From contig WJMJ01000138.1 in assembly GCA_014728035.1 (NCBI GenBank), positions 1 through 26,871 on the forward strand: a DNA stretch of 26,871 nt, given 5' to 3'. Both the position numbers and the translations under genes were made by a program. A model generated the notes under the pieces. The model did not search any database. It was not told the DNA's origin and worked only from the letters and a program-made list of their open reading frames with translations. Source of the DNA: Promethearchaeota archaeon. Its GTDB lineage: Archaea > Asgardarchaeota > Thorarchaeia > Thorarchaeales > Thorarchaeaceae. This document shows positions 8,798-17,650 of this stretch, one piece after another. Each line of letters begins with the position of its first letter. Position 1 is the stretch's first letter.

Positions 8798-9682
8798 ATG
8801 ACACTAACATTAGACAATATGGACCACCTCAGCCTTGGTAAGAAAGTTAGACTAAAGCGACTCATGTATGAGCATGGGCCAGGAAATGGCAGATTACTCA
8901 TTCTGCCAATTGACCAAGGAATGGAGCATGGACCGAGAGACTTCTTTCCCAATCCAGTCTCGGCCAATCCAGAGTTTCAGTATAAACTGGCTTTGGAGGG
9001 AAAGTATTCAGGAATTGCATTGCATCTTGGTCTTGCAGAAAAGTATGCTAGACCCTATGCAGGAAGTGTACCGATTGTCCTCAAGATTAATGGAAAGACC
9101 AGTATACCCCCAGACCATCATGCAATCTCACCAATGACAGCATCCGTGGAGGATGCGGTTCGAATTGGAGCAGATGCAGTAGGATATACGTTATACGTGG
9201 GAAGCCCCTCTCAATATGATGATATGAATCAATTCCGCCAAGTGAAACGTGATGCGGACAGGTACGGAATGCCTGTTATATTATGGTCATATCCCAGAGG
9301 TGAGTCAATTGAGAAGAAGGGTGGTCGCGATTCTATGTATGCGGTTGACTATGCAGCCAGAATCGCTTCTGAGCTCGGAGCTGATGTTGTAAAACTGAAT
9401 GTTCCAGAAGTCGATGAACGAAAGAAAGACCAACCTGCACCATACGACTCGCTTGATTATGACTATAGAGAAAGAGTGAGACATGTCATCAAGAGTGCTG
9501 GAAAGACTCTGGTATTATTTTCAGGAGGGAGTAAGATTAGTGATGATGATGTCATACATCGGGCAAAAGTATGTCTTGAGGAAGGCGCAGCGGGTCTAAT
9601 CTTTGGCAGAAACATGTGGCAAAGAGACTGGGACGATGCTATATCTATGACAAAGAAACTTCACGAGTTAATGAAATCGTAG
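8798..9682 (+). CDS. fba: Class I fructose-bisphosphate aldolase, archaeal/DhnA type
   Basis: LPIDQGMEHGP, GADAVGYTLYVGS, WSYPRG, ELGADVVK (Schiff-base Lys), FSGGSK, IFGRNMWQ. Confidence 0.95.
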   Translation: MTLTLDNMDHLSLGKKVRLKRLMYEHGPGNGRLLILPIDQGMEHGPRDFFPNPVSANPEFQYKLALEGKYSGIALHLGLAEKYARPYAGSVPIVLKINGKTSIPPDHHAISPMTASVEDAVRIGADAVGYTLYVGSPSQYDDMNQFRQVKRDADRYGMPVILWSYPRGESIEKKGGRDSMYAVDYAARIASELGADVVKLNVPEVDERKKDQPAPYDSLDYDYRERVRHVIKSAGKTLVLFSGGSKISDDDVIHRAKVCLEEGAAGLIFGRNMWQRDWDDAISMTKKLHELMKS

Positions 9683-9715
9683 GATATGATGACCTAACCG
9701 TTGGAGGGAAAAAAG

Positions 9716-10045
9716 ATGAGAGCTCTTTCAGATTGGTTTATTGTAGACTTTGATGACAAAAGAATTCAGATCAGAATAGTAGAACCAGGGACTCCATCAA
9801 AGACTGAAATATTATGGAAAGATATCATCAGAGTCTGCTACAAGACTGGCTCTTTTCTTGAATCAGATGAGATTTTCATTTTTGTGAAACAAAGGCCTGA
9901 GAGCTACCTCATTCCTACAGAGGCATCTGGTACAACTGACCTCTGGGGCGAGATTATTGAGCGAAACTTATTTGATGCAAAAGAGGCTCTCAATGCAGTC
10001 CTTGCAGAGGACCACACAGTGACTTGTTGGCCACCTCCGAAATAG
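9716..10045 (+). CDS. Hypothetical protein
   Basis: ORF with GGAGG SD before ATG 9716; co-directional with the aldolase. Confidence 0.75.
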   Translation: MRALSDWFIVDFDDKRIQIRIVEPGTPSKTEILWKDIIRVCYKTGSFLESDEIFIFVKQRPESYLIPTEASGTTDLWGEIIERNLFDAKEALNAVLAEDHTVTCWPPPK

Positions 10046-10178
10046 GAGTGAGGTCCACTGTCAGATTTTTTAGTTTCGTGCTAGTAGCTAACGTGAGATG
10101 ATTGATGAATCAGACTATTTCGATATATACCGCTAAAGAAATCAAATACTCCTCCTACCATGTATCACACTTCAAATA

Positions 10179-10880
10179 TCATGTTAGATATCCAAAGTAG
10201 TTCAGTATTCTATTTTGGGAAGACTCTAGATAGGGACCAAGAATCTGGTCAAACCCTACGATTCTACCAGATTGGTACATTCCAATAATGAAGAAAGCAA
10301 TAGAACCAACAAAATTAATTCCAAAAGTGGATATACTTAACCAGCCAAGCAAGATAAGGAAAGTCCACTGCATCAGTACTCCACCAACTGCTCCAAGCCT
10401 AGTGAAAGCACCAAAGAACATCGATAAACCAATGAGTAATTCTCCAACTGCTATCAAGAGTAGAAAAGCCTCGTAATTTCCAAGAAGTATTGTTAATGCA
10501 CCTTGAATCCAAGGACTTGGAGCAGCTGATGCACCATATCCAATCAATCCAGGACTTGCCAAGTAAGTAGGATCTACCAGTTTCTCAATACCACCATGGA
10601 GGAACTCGTAAGCCAAAGCTAAGCGAAGGGGAAGTAAAAATGATTCTTCACCAACCTTTTCCGGCCAAGCCCAATGTAAGATGAACAACGTTGGAACAAG
10701 AACTACTGTCAAGACAACTAGAGGAGACATAATGAGATTCAAATAAGGGATCAATATTTCCGAGTTTGGTACCAGCCAACTTGGTCCAAACGATAAGGCA
10801 AGTAATGTAACTAGAATAACATCAGTCACAGTAATCAGCAAAATAGCAAGTATTTTTGTTCTGTCAAGTTCCACTATCAT
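10179..10880 (-). CDS. DoxX family membrane protein (DoxD/TQO-like)
   Basis: LRLALAYEFLHGGIEKL, GELLIGL...GAFTRLGA, GFD motifs, with two extra N-terminal TMs. Confidence 0.85.
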   Translation of the reverse strand: MIVELDRTKILAILLITVTDVILVTLLALSFGPSWLVPNSEILIPYLNLIMSPLVVLTVVLVPTLFILHWAWPEKVGEESFLLPLRLALAYEFLHGGIEKLVDPTYLASPGLIGYGASAAPSPWIQGALTILLGNYEAFLLLIAVGELLIGLSMFFGAFTRLGAVGGVLMQWTFLILLGWLSISTFGINFVGSIAFFIIGMYQSGRIVGFDQILGPYLESSQNRILNYFGYLT

Positions 10881-10967
10881 CACTTCAATAATTAACAATT
10901 GTTAATATAGTATATAAATTAGGTGGTTACCAAACTGAAAGTATTAATGACAAAGTATATGTGTATA

Positions 10968-10981
10968 TGCTATATATAGCA
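10968..10981. promoter_or_regulatory. Perfect 14-bp palindrome; candidate PadR operator
   Basis: TGCTATATATAGCA in the divergent DoxX / CopD-like-PadR promoter region. Confidence 0.45.
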
Positions 10982-11000
10982 GTAATATCTATTGAATGTG

Positions 11001-11498
11001 ATGAGCATGACAAATGAATTGATTCTTGGAACAATCAAATTCATTCATGATTTGTGTACTGCCATTTGGATTGGTGGACTAATCGTATTGGGAAGTGTCC
11101 TACTTCCATCAATAAAACAAATCATCGGAATGAATGAACAGACGAAACAGCTTACTAAACAGATTAAGAATAAGTTGAGTAAAATAGTATACATATGTAT
11201 GATTGGACTTCTAATAACAGGAGTCTTGATGAGTAATAGATCTCCTCTTTTTACAAGCTTTTTCTCTATCAGTAATGGATACTCGCTATATCTTACAATT
11301 AAACACATTCTTATTGGCGGAATGGTGATAATTGCATTGACAAGAAGTCAAGTGATTGAACGATTGAAACAGATAACTCCTAGAACGAAAAACAAATTGA
11401 ATATTTTACTTATTGCAGTCAACATTGTTTTTGGAATTCTAGTATTGTTCTTCAGTGGGCTTATTGCTGCTATTGGGCTGATGGCTGGCACACCTTAA
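11001..11498 (+). CDS. CopD/DUF4149-like 4-TM membrane protein
   Basis: FIHDLCTAIWIGG, LLITG, Y...LTIKHILI motifs. Confidence 0.8.
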   Translation: MSMTNELILGTIKFIHDLCTAIWIGGLIVLGSVLLPSIKQIIGMNEQTKQLTKQIKNKLSKIVYICMIGLLITGVLMSNRSPLFTSFFSISNGYSLYLTIKHILIGGMVIIALTRSQVIERLKQITPRTKNKLNILLIAVNIVFGILVLFFSGLIAAIGLMAGTP

Positions 11499-11528
11499 TA
11501 GCAACATCATTCGATGCAATGGTAAAAT

Positions 11529-11915
11529 ATGGAGAAAGTGGATATGAATGGCACAGAAAATACGCATGAACAGAATTATTCAGATATTAGACGGGAAACG
11601 CTTGAGCCGATTCCATTAGTACGTGTTTTCTTTCTAGCATTCATATCCAAATATCCAGATACCGCAGGATACGATTTGATAAAACTGACAAAGAATTTCA
11701 CAAAAGGAAGAGTTGAACTCAGCTCTGGAACAGTATATACTGAACTTAGACGATTGGAGGAGGCAGGTTATGTGATTTCAGGCGAAGCAAAAGGAAGTAG
11801 GAAAAGGAAGAGTTACAAAATTACTGAAGAGGGCAAAGAAGAATTAGGGAATCTAGTAAAACAGATTGAGATACGAATTGAAACAATACTCAAACCACTC
11901 ATTGACTTCATCTAA
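11529..11915 (+). CDS. PadR family transcriptional regulator
   Basis: GYDLIK...LSSGTVYTELRRLEEAGYV...RKSYKITEEGKEEL. Confidence 0.95.
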   Translation: MEKVDMNGTENTHEQNYSDIRRETLEPIPLVRVFFLAFISKYPDTAGYDLIKLTKNFTKGRVELSSGTVYTELRRLEEAGYVISGEAKGSRKRKSYKITEEGKEELGNLVKQIEIRIETILKPLIDFI

Positions 11916-11931
11916 TGGTCTAAAGCTTCTC

Positions 11932-12141
11932 TTAATTGGATGCTTCAATTTTTGACGAAACGAATCTAAAAACCAAAATAAGACAGAGGAAAACGAACAG
12001 AACACCCACCACAATCAATGCTAACTGACTGATAAATAGAATAATCAGAAGGACAAGAAGGATTGTTAGACAATTGATTCCAAACACTCTTGGACTCATG
12101 TCAAAACAGATGGACCATTCAAACTCGGTTTCTTCAGACAT
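11932..12141 (-). CDS. Small 2-TM hypothetical membrane protein
   Basis: 69-aa ORF filling the gap between genes; two hydrophobic helices. Confidence 0.6.
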   Translation of the reverse strand: MSEETEFEWSICFDMSPRVFGINCLTILLVLLIILFISQLALIVVGVLFVFLCLILVFRFVSSKIEASN

Positions 12142-12226
12142 GAAATCTATAGAAAAAAGATTGCTAGTTTAAGATTTTGTTGAGGAATACATAGACAATA
12201 CGCTTTTTTGTGGATTATGATTCAAC

Positions 12227-13045
12227 TTGCTGATTAATTTGAAACGATTTTCTCTGTTAGTTCTAACGGGATGTATCCTTTCATTGGTCTTGATGGCGCC
12301 GCAAGTCACACCAGTTAAGGCTTTGAAAATGGAGTATTTCCCTCTATCCCCGGGTAATTTTAACGAGTTCAATACCACAACAGATAGCGAAACGTGGATG
12401 ACAAAACGATACGTGGCAGACGATTGGGAATTTCTAGGTGGGCCCTTTGGTACATTCACCATATATTGGTGCGAAGCCCATATGTATGAAGATGAAACGG
12501 ACTACACATGGGTCAATCAAATGTGGCTATCAAAGACTGATGACACAGTAATCTGGTGGGGTTTTGAAGATGCCAATGCAAAAATTACAGTATCTCAAGG
12601 ACTCCCATATGTACGAGAACCAGTTCAAAATGGAACGAAGCTCGGAGGGTCGTCCACAGGAGACTTGTTGGTTAAGGAAAGCGGTCAAGTCATTCCGAAT
12701 GTTCCTTTCAAGGCAAATTACACAATTGAGGCTCTTGAATCGGTGACGGTTCCCAAAGGCACATTTGAGAATTGCATTAGGATCCATGAGGAGGAAATTA
12801 CGCCAGACGGAGAGATCAGCTTCTGGGTCTGGTATGCGCCCAATGTAGGAGCTGTAAAATACTTCTATCCAGATCAAGAAAATCGCACTGATGTGCTTGT
12901 TGACTATGGGGTAGACCTCGAAAATGATCCATGGGACGCCTGGTTCGTGCCCCAACTTCCAACTGTACTACTCATCACCACTATAGCGATTGTAGCAGTA
13001 GTATCTGTAGGTGTAATATTTCTAGTTAGAAAACGAAATGCATGA
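12227..13045 (+). CDS. Secreted beta-rich protein with C-terminal membrane anchor (VTVPxGTF family, DUF3108/TapB-like)
   Basis: Signal peptide; ESVTVPKGTFENCIRI...WYAPNVGAVK; C-terminal TM followed by RKRNA. Confidence 0.75.
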   Translation: MLINLKRFSLLVLTGCILSLVLMAPQVTPVKALKMEYFPLSPGNFNEFNTTTDSETWMTKRYVADDWEFLGGPFGTFTIYWCEAHMYEDETDYTWVNQMWLSKTDDTVIWWGFEDANAKITVSQGLPYVREPVQNGTKLGGSSTGDLLVKESGQVIPNVPFKANYTIEALESVTVPKGTFENCIRIHEEEITPDGEISFWVWYAPNVGAVKYFYPDQENRTDVLVDYGVDLENDPWDAWFVPQLPTVLLITTIAIVAVVSVGVIFLVRKRNA

Positions 13046-13062
13046 GGTGGAACTTCCACCTC
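13044..13062. terminator. Hairpin between convergent genes
   Basis: GAGGTGGAA-C-TTCCACCTC perfect 9-bp inverted repeat at the convergent stops. Confidence 0.55.
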
Positions 13063-13070
13063 TCACATTT

Positions 13071-13928
13071 TTATAATTCTGAAAAATCAAGTCCGATTAT
13101 TTTTTCGTCCTGTATGATTCGGTCAATCCATTCATGTACAAACATATCAAATAATACAGATTGGTCCAGAGGTAGACCGTGACCGGCCGCATCCAATAGA
13201 ACAAAACTAGTTTTTAGGAACTTATCTTTGATCTTCCATGCATCACGGTAGCCCACAGAATTATCCTGAGCCCCAGTTAGAATCAGAGTTGGTTTTTCAA
13301 AGACAGGCATCTGAAAAATATCAAATGAAAACGAATAATTGCCTGATTTGATTCGTTCTAAGAATGCCATATTTGCTATTTCAAAGGCGGGATTGTAGAT
13401 TAATTCACCGCGCTTGAGAACTTCTTTTTCGACTACAGGGATTCCAGCCACTCCTGTACGTATAGATTCTTTCATCTGCGGTTCAAGAGATGAATACAAA
13501 TCAACATCGATTTTCCTTATCATGGCATGAGGTTTGTGTCGCTTTGATTCATCCGGTTCAATAAGCGGGCATAGTAGCAACAGCCCGTCAATCTTATTCG
13601 GCTGTCTGGTTGCTAGTCCTAGACTCAGATAACCACCAAAAGAGTAGCCCACTAAACAGAAAGAGTCATCACCAATCACTTTAGTGATGAATTGCTCAAC
13701 CACATCTAGTACTTGGTCAGATGAATGTATCCAATCTGGAGCTTCTGAATCACCATTTCCAGGTGAGTCGAGATAATAACGCTTCCAACCTGAGAGATTC
13801 TCGAATATCGGTTCAAAAATCTCCATCATGCCATTAGATATACCAACGAGACCATGTAAGAACAAGATAGGTCTTCCTTCACCTACAACATGATAATGTA
13901 ATCTGATCTTATCGAGTTGAACATACAT
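13071..13928 (-). CDS. Alpha/beta fold hydrolase
   Basis: ILFLHG, GYSFGG nucleophile elbow, GAQD acid, AGH histidine. Confidence 0.95.
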   Translation of the reverse strand: MYVQLDKIRLHYHVVGEGRPILFLHGLVGISNGMMEIFEPIFENLSGWKRYYLDSPGNGDSEAPDWIHSSDQVLDVVEQFITKVIGDDSFCLVGYSFGGYLSLGLATRQPNKIDGLLLLCPLIEPDESKRHKPHAMIRKIDVDLYSSLEPQMKESIRTGVAGIPVVEKEVLKRGELIYNPAFEIANMAFLERIKSGNYSFSFDIFQMPVFEKPTLILTGAQDNSVGYRDAWKIKDKFLKTSFVLLDAAGHGLPLDQSVLFDMFVHEWIDRIIQDEKIIGLDFSEL

Positions 13929-14036
13929 TGAACATCATTGAGTAGGAGGTTTTACTTCTATTTGAAAGTGGTCAAAAAAGTCTGCGGAAGGAGTAACTTT
14001 AATTGCCACGTATAACCATGCATTTGTTGGTTAAAC

Positions 14037-14420
14037 ATGTATTTGAAGTTCTATTATGATTCAACGGTTGACCCTGACGACAACCCAATTAATGCAGGCA
14101 TTGAAGATGCAATCGAGAGATTGAAAGATATGGCAAAGATTATCCGTATTGATATCTTTGACACAAAAGGATGGCCTGAAAAAAAACTATCTGAAGCATA
14201 TGAAACAGTAATGAAAGTTGCAATCATGAATAAGACAGCAATACGTAGAATTTACGGAACAGCACAGCAGCGTGCTATCAGATTTGCCAAAGAAGTTCCA
14301 TCACTCATTGTATTTGATGATTCCAAAGGATACGCGGTAGAAGTGTATCCAAAGTTAGATGAAGGAAAAGTAATGACTATCATGGACTATCTCAAAGAGT
14401 ATACTGAAAACGGACAATAG
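14037..14420 (+). CDS. Hypothetical protein (possibly thioredoxin-like fold, no CxxC)
   Basis: 127-aa ORF with TTTAA box upstream; EVPSLIVF recalls the thioredoxin cis-Pro strand. Confidence 0.7.
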   Translation: MYLKFYYDSTVDPDDNPINAGIEDAIERLKDMAKIIRIDIFDTKGWPEKKLSEAYETVMKVAIMNKTAIRRIYGTAQQRAIRFAKEVPSLIVFDDSKGYAVEVYPKLDEGKVMTIMDYLKEYTENGQ

Positions 14421-14453
14421 TTAATTCAGAGAAAATCTGCAATTCTGTTCAAT

Positions 14454-14981
14454 TTACGTTTCTCTAAGTGGACTCCAGTGACTATGCGGATAGTGGTAGA
14501 TATAATCAAGGCCCACTTCCCATTTTTTCCCGCATCCTATACATCTCACATAGACAAGATGAGTTATACCAAAATCAACATCATCTAAGTGCTTTTCCTC
14601 AATTATTTCAAGATCTTCTTGATAGGGAGGTGTATTGAACCGTCCATTATGATATACTGCACAATTACAATCTGCTCCGTTTTTTCCATTCTCAAAAAGA
14701 GCCTTGAGAAATTGATACTGGTTATGATATGTATTGGTCCAACGGCTCTCGAAAGACAAGAATGTTTCATATGAGGGGAGATGACGTAATAGCGCTAGAT
14801 GTGTGAAGGCTAGCTTCACCACCGTAGAATGGTCTTCAAAGGAAATTTTGTCCACAACCCATTTACAAAATGCTATCCTGTCAGATGAAGAGTATTCTAT
14901 TAGTCTATCAAAGAACTTGTGAGGCTTGAATTCACCAGATTGTAGGCCTTCTTCTAAGGACCGAATCAGTTTGGACAACAT
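14454..14981 (-). CDS. Hypothetical protein with putative C-terminal metal-binding Cys/His
   Basis: DCNC...CIGCGKKW...YHYPHSHW. Confidence 0.7.
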   Translation of the reverse strand: MLSKLIRSLEEGLQSGEFKPHKFFDRLIEYSSSDRIAFCKWVVDKISFEDHSTVVKLAFTHLALLRHLPSYETFLSFESRWTNTYHNQYQFLKALFENGKNGADCNCAVYHNGRFNTPPYQEDLEIIEEKHLDDVDFGITHLVYVRCIGCGKKWEVGLDYIYHYPHSHWSPLRET

Positions 14982-15107
14982 AAGAGAATCTAACCAACTG
15001 AAAACATTAGTATTTTTATGATACCGAATTTCATTGCTTGGTAAAAAAAGATGAAAAACCGAGTCTATATTAGACAGAATTGTCTTGTATGTTGCTTGGT
15101 GCTTGTA

Positions 15108-15932
15108 ATGGATAAGAAGAGAGAGAAAAGGATACTGCAGATTCTGAACATATTGACTCCAATATTATGTGGAGTGTTCATAGCTTTACTTAATGTTGAT
15201 TTTGTAGGATCACTTACAGATGAGGCATATTCCAAACTTCTAAGTCCAGCTCCCTTCACCTTTGCAATATGGGGGCCGATTTTCATCTTTCAAGCTCTAT
15301 TCTATTTCTATCAGGCACGAGACATATTAAAACCACCTGAAGAACAGATAGAGATGCCTTATGTTCATGAGGTCAGCGTATTCTTTTTCCTGTCTTGGGC
15401 ATCAACAACTGCATGGTACGCATTATGGAGTCTTGGATATATTTGGCCAGCAATAGGTGCAATGTTTGCATATCTTATTACATCATTAGGAGCCTATCTA
15501 AGACTAGGTATCAACAAAAGAGATAGACCATTAAAAGAACATCTGTTTGTAACTGTTGCATGGAGTATGCTTTCAGCTTGGGTGACAGTCGCGGCTATTG
15601 TTAACACAACAACAGGCTTGGTTTCAATCGGTTTCGATTCCGGCCCTCTAGGTGAGAGTGGATGGACAGTCCTAGTGCTACTCATGACCTTGATAATCTA
15701 CATATCAGTACTCGTCACCAGGAATGACTTCATATTTACGGGGGTGGGACTTTGGGCGATTATTGGTATTATTGGGGAGAGGCTTAGTCCAGCAAGTACT
15801 CCAGCACCAGATGTGACTGCAGTTGCAATTCTTGGAGCCCTCATTCTTGCAGTATTGATGCTTATTTGGCTTATTTATCTCCACAAAAAAGAATCCATTC
15901 AAATTATTCAGAAGTTGCGGAACTGGAGATAG
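15108..15932 (+). CDS. TspO-related (tryptophan-rich sensory) membrane protein
   Basis: SPAPFTFAIWGPIF, AWVTVAAIVN, WAIIGI motifs; about 8 TMs. Start set at ATG 15108. Confidence 0.8.
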   Translation: MDKKREKRILQILNILTPILCGVFIALLNVDFVGSLTDEAYSKLLSPAPFTFAIWGPIFIFQALFYFYQARDILKPPEEQIEMPYVHEVSVFFFLSWASTTAWYALWSLGYIWPAIGAMFAYLITSLGAYLRLGINKRDRPLKEHLFVTVAWSMLSAWVTVAAIVNTTTGLVSIGFDSGPLGESGWTVLVLLMTLIIYISVLVTRNDFIFTGVGLWAIIGIIGERLSPASTPAPDVTAVAILGALILAVLMLIWLIYLHKKESIQIIQKLRNWR

Positions 15933-15935
15933 CAA

Positions 15936-16181
15936 TCAGTCAGCTTTCTCAATCTTGAGAGCTCTGAGAGTCTTACTGTCCAAAATGGGCTCGTATATGA
16001 CATGTACCTTAGCATCCTCTTTAACAGTCTCACATTCGGTATTAATATTAATCTCAAATTTATAGTACTCCTTGTCGGGAGCACGAATAGTAACGATTCC
16101 TGTTGGAATGTCGTTATCCCCATAATGTTCAATCTGAGAAGACACAATAGTACCTTCAATCTCACGTTTCATTGATATCAA
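15936..16181 (-). CDS. Small hypothetical protein, probable OB-fold
   Basis: IEGTIVS...VTI...KVHVIYE...ALKIE five-strand pattern. Confidence 0.6.
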   Translation of the reverse strand: MISMKREIEGTIVSSQIEHYGDNDIPTGIVTIRAPDKEYYKFEININTECETVKEDAKVHVIYEPILDSKTLRALKIEKAD

Positions 16182-16242
16182 CCAGATAATTAACTATTGT
16201 TACAATCTAATATAAGAGTAGAGATGCCACCAATTGGACGGT

Positions 16243-16794
16243 CTATTCGTATGATAGTTCGACCTCTTTCACTCGATCTTCATAGACGTTGTGAATAAGT
16301 TCTCGGTCGAATTTGTATTCTTCCTTCAACATCAGATCCATCTCTTCACGGGACAGATATTTCATTGCCGCTTTGAAGAACACTTTATCTTCCTTTTCGA
16401 TATGTTGGGGATAGAATTCCACCAATTGACGCATCACATCAACAATGGAGATGATGGCCTCGTCCGTTCCAGATATATACCTCTCTTTTGCATCAACCAG
16501 CTCTTTCGTCAATTTTCGACCAAGTATATGTTCCTGAATCAATTCATCCATCAATGCTTGATCCTCATCAGTCAAGGCTTTCTTCTTCAAATCACGAAAG
16601 AGTATATCTTCTTCCTTTCCATGGTGGCATCTATCTGCATATGTCTGGATGAAATCTACAGCTACCTCAATAAAAGTGGGATCTGCCGTATTGTCCTCCT
16701 CGATGCGTTCAATCTCTTTCTCCATTGCTGCAATCATTCTTTCAATCAGACGATGTTCTATCATTAAGGAGCTAATAGGTTGAACCAAGTTCAC
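16243..16794 (-). CDS. Hemerythrin (HHE cation-binding) domain protein
   Basis: LMIEH, HHGKEEDILF, EHILGR, HIEKEDKVFF; GAGGT SD upstream. Confidence 0.93.
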   Translation of the reverse strand: MNLVQPISSLMIEHRLIERMIAAMEKEIERIEEDNTADPTFIEVAVDFIQTYADRCHHGKEEDILFRDLKKKALTDEDQALMDELIQEHILGRKLTKELVDAKERYISGTDEAIISIVDVMRQLVEFYPQHIEKEDKVFFKAAMKYLSREEMDLMLKEEYKFDRELIHNVYEDRVKEVELSYE

Positions 16795-16898
16795 ATAACC
16801 TCATTTTGAGTTATCTAATTCTCACTATTAACTATGGTTAAAAACACCTAATAATTGCTTCTGTGTCACATAAATTTAAACTTGGAAATAAGAAGCAT

Positions 16899-17588
16899 TC
16901 ATAGGACACGAATAATGCAAAAGATGCTTGATTCATCTATTTCTGAGATGGCCACTTCGAGATTGTCTTGCTCTAAGGAAGTGGTGAGTTTAAGAAAATC
17001 CTCCTGGGTGAAAGTCGTTGCTCGAAAACCATCTTTACAGACAATCTCCCCGTCTTTGGTTAGAGCCCAATCAATTTCGCCAAGGAGACCCTCATCAGAC
17101 TGTAACCTAAACCATTCCATCCGGCCATTCCAAAATTTTGGGGAATAGCTGGAGAAGATTGATAGACCTCCATCTCTTGTTACCCGAATAGTTTCCATCA
17201 TCAGTTGTAATGGGTCTAATTTGAAAGCAGATATTCCATTTTGTAAAACCAATACAGCATCAAAAGATGCATTTCTGAAGGGAAGGAGATTTGCATTGGC
17301 TTGTAAGAGATGTATTCTATTCCCCATTATATACTCATTCTGAGCCATAGAGAGGCTAGTATATGATGTATCAATACCAACAACCGTTTTGCCAGATTCT
17401 GCTAAACGAGGGAGTATTCGGCCATATCCACAACCTAATTCTAAAACAGTATCATCTTCGTCTATGAGAGAAGTTGCGTAATCAAGCTCTGCATCAAGAT
17501 ACTGTTGCGTTCGAGGTGGTGCAATATCATAACATCTCTTGAGCCTATCAGCAGAGAGCTTCTCTGAGTAGTATTGATTATCTGGCAT
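16899..17588 (-). CDS. Class I SAM-dependent methyltransferase
   Basis: VLELGCGYGR, VGIDTS, LPFRNASFDAV. Confidence 0.93.
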   Translation of the reverse strand: MPDNQYYSEKLSADRLKRCYDIAPPRTQQYLDAELDYATSLIDEDDTVLELGCGYGRILPRLAESGKTVVGIDTSYTSLSMAQNEYIMGNRIHLLQANANLLPFRNASFDAVLVLQNGISAFKLDPLQLMMETIRVTRDGGLSIFSSYSPKFWNGRMEWFRLQSDEGLLGEIDWALTKDGEIVCKDGFRATTFTQEDFLKLTTSLEQDNLEVAISEIDESSIFCIIRVL

Positions 17589-17592
17589 ACCG

Positions 17593-17639
17593 GAAGTCTA
17601 GGGACCAATCCGCCTTGAAAGTTTCGGTCCCTAAATTTC
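17593..17639. promoter_or_regulatory. Inverted repeat flanking a TATA-like box (operator or terminator)
   Basis: GAAGTCTAGGGACC / GGTCCCTAAATTTC (12/14, inner 8 perfect) around minus-strand TTTCAAGG. Confidence 0.45.
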
Positions 17640-17650
17640 TGAATTTGTTA

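Noticed and set aside
10053-10061. Reverse-strand ACAGTGGAC matching the repeat core in an intergenic gap
   Set aside because: Only 9 bp; no left arm or hairpins in register.
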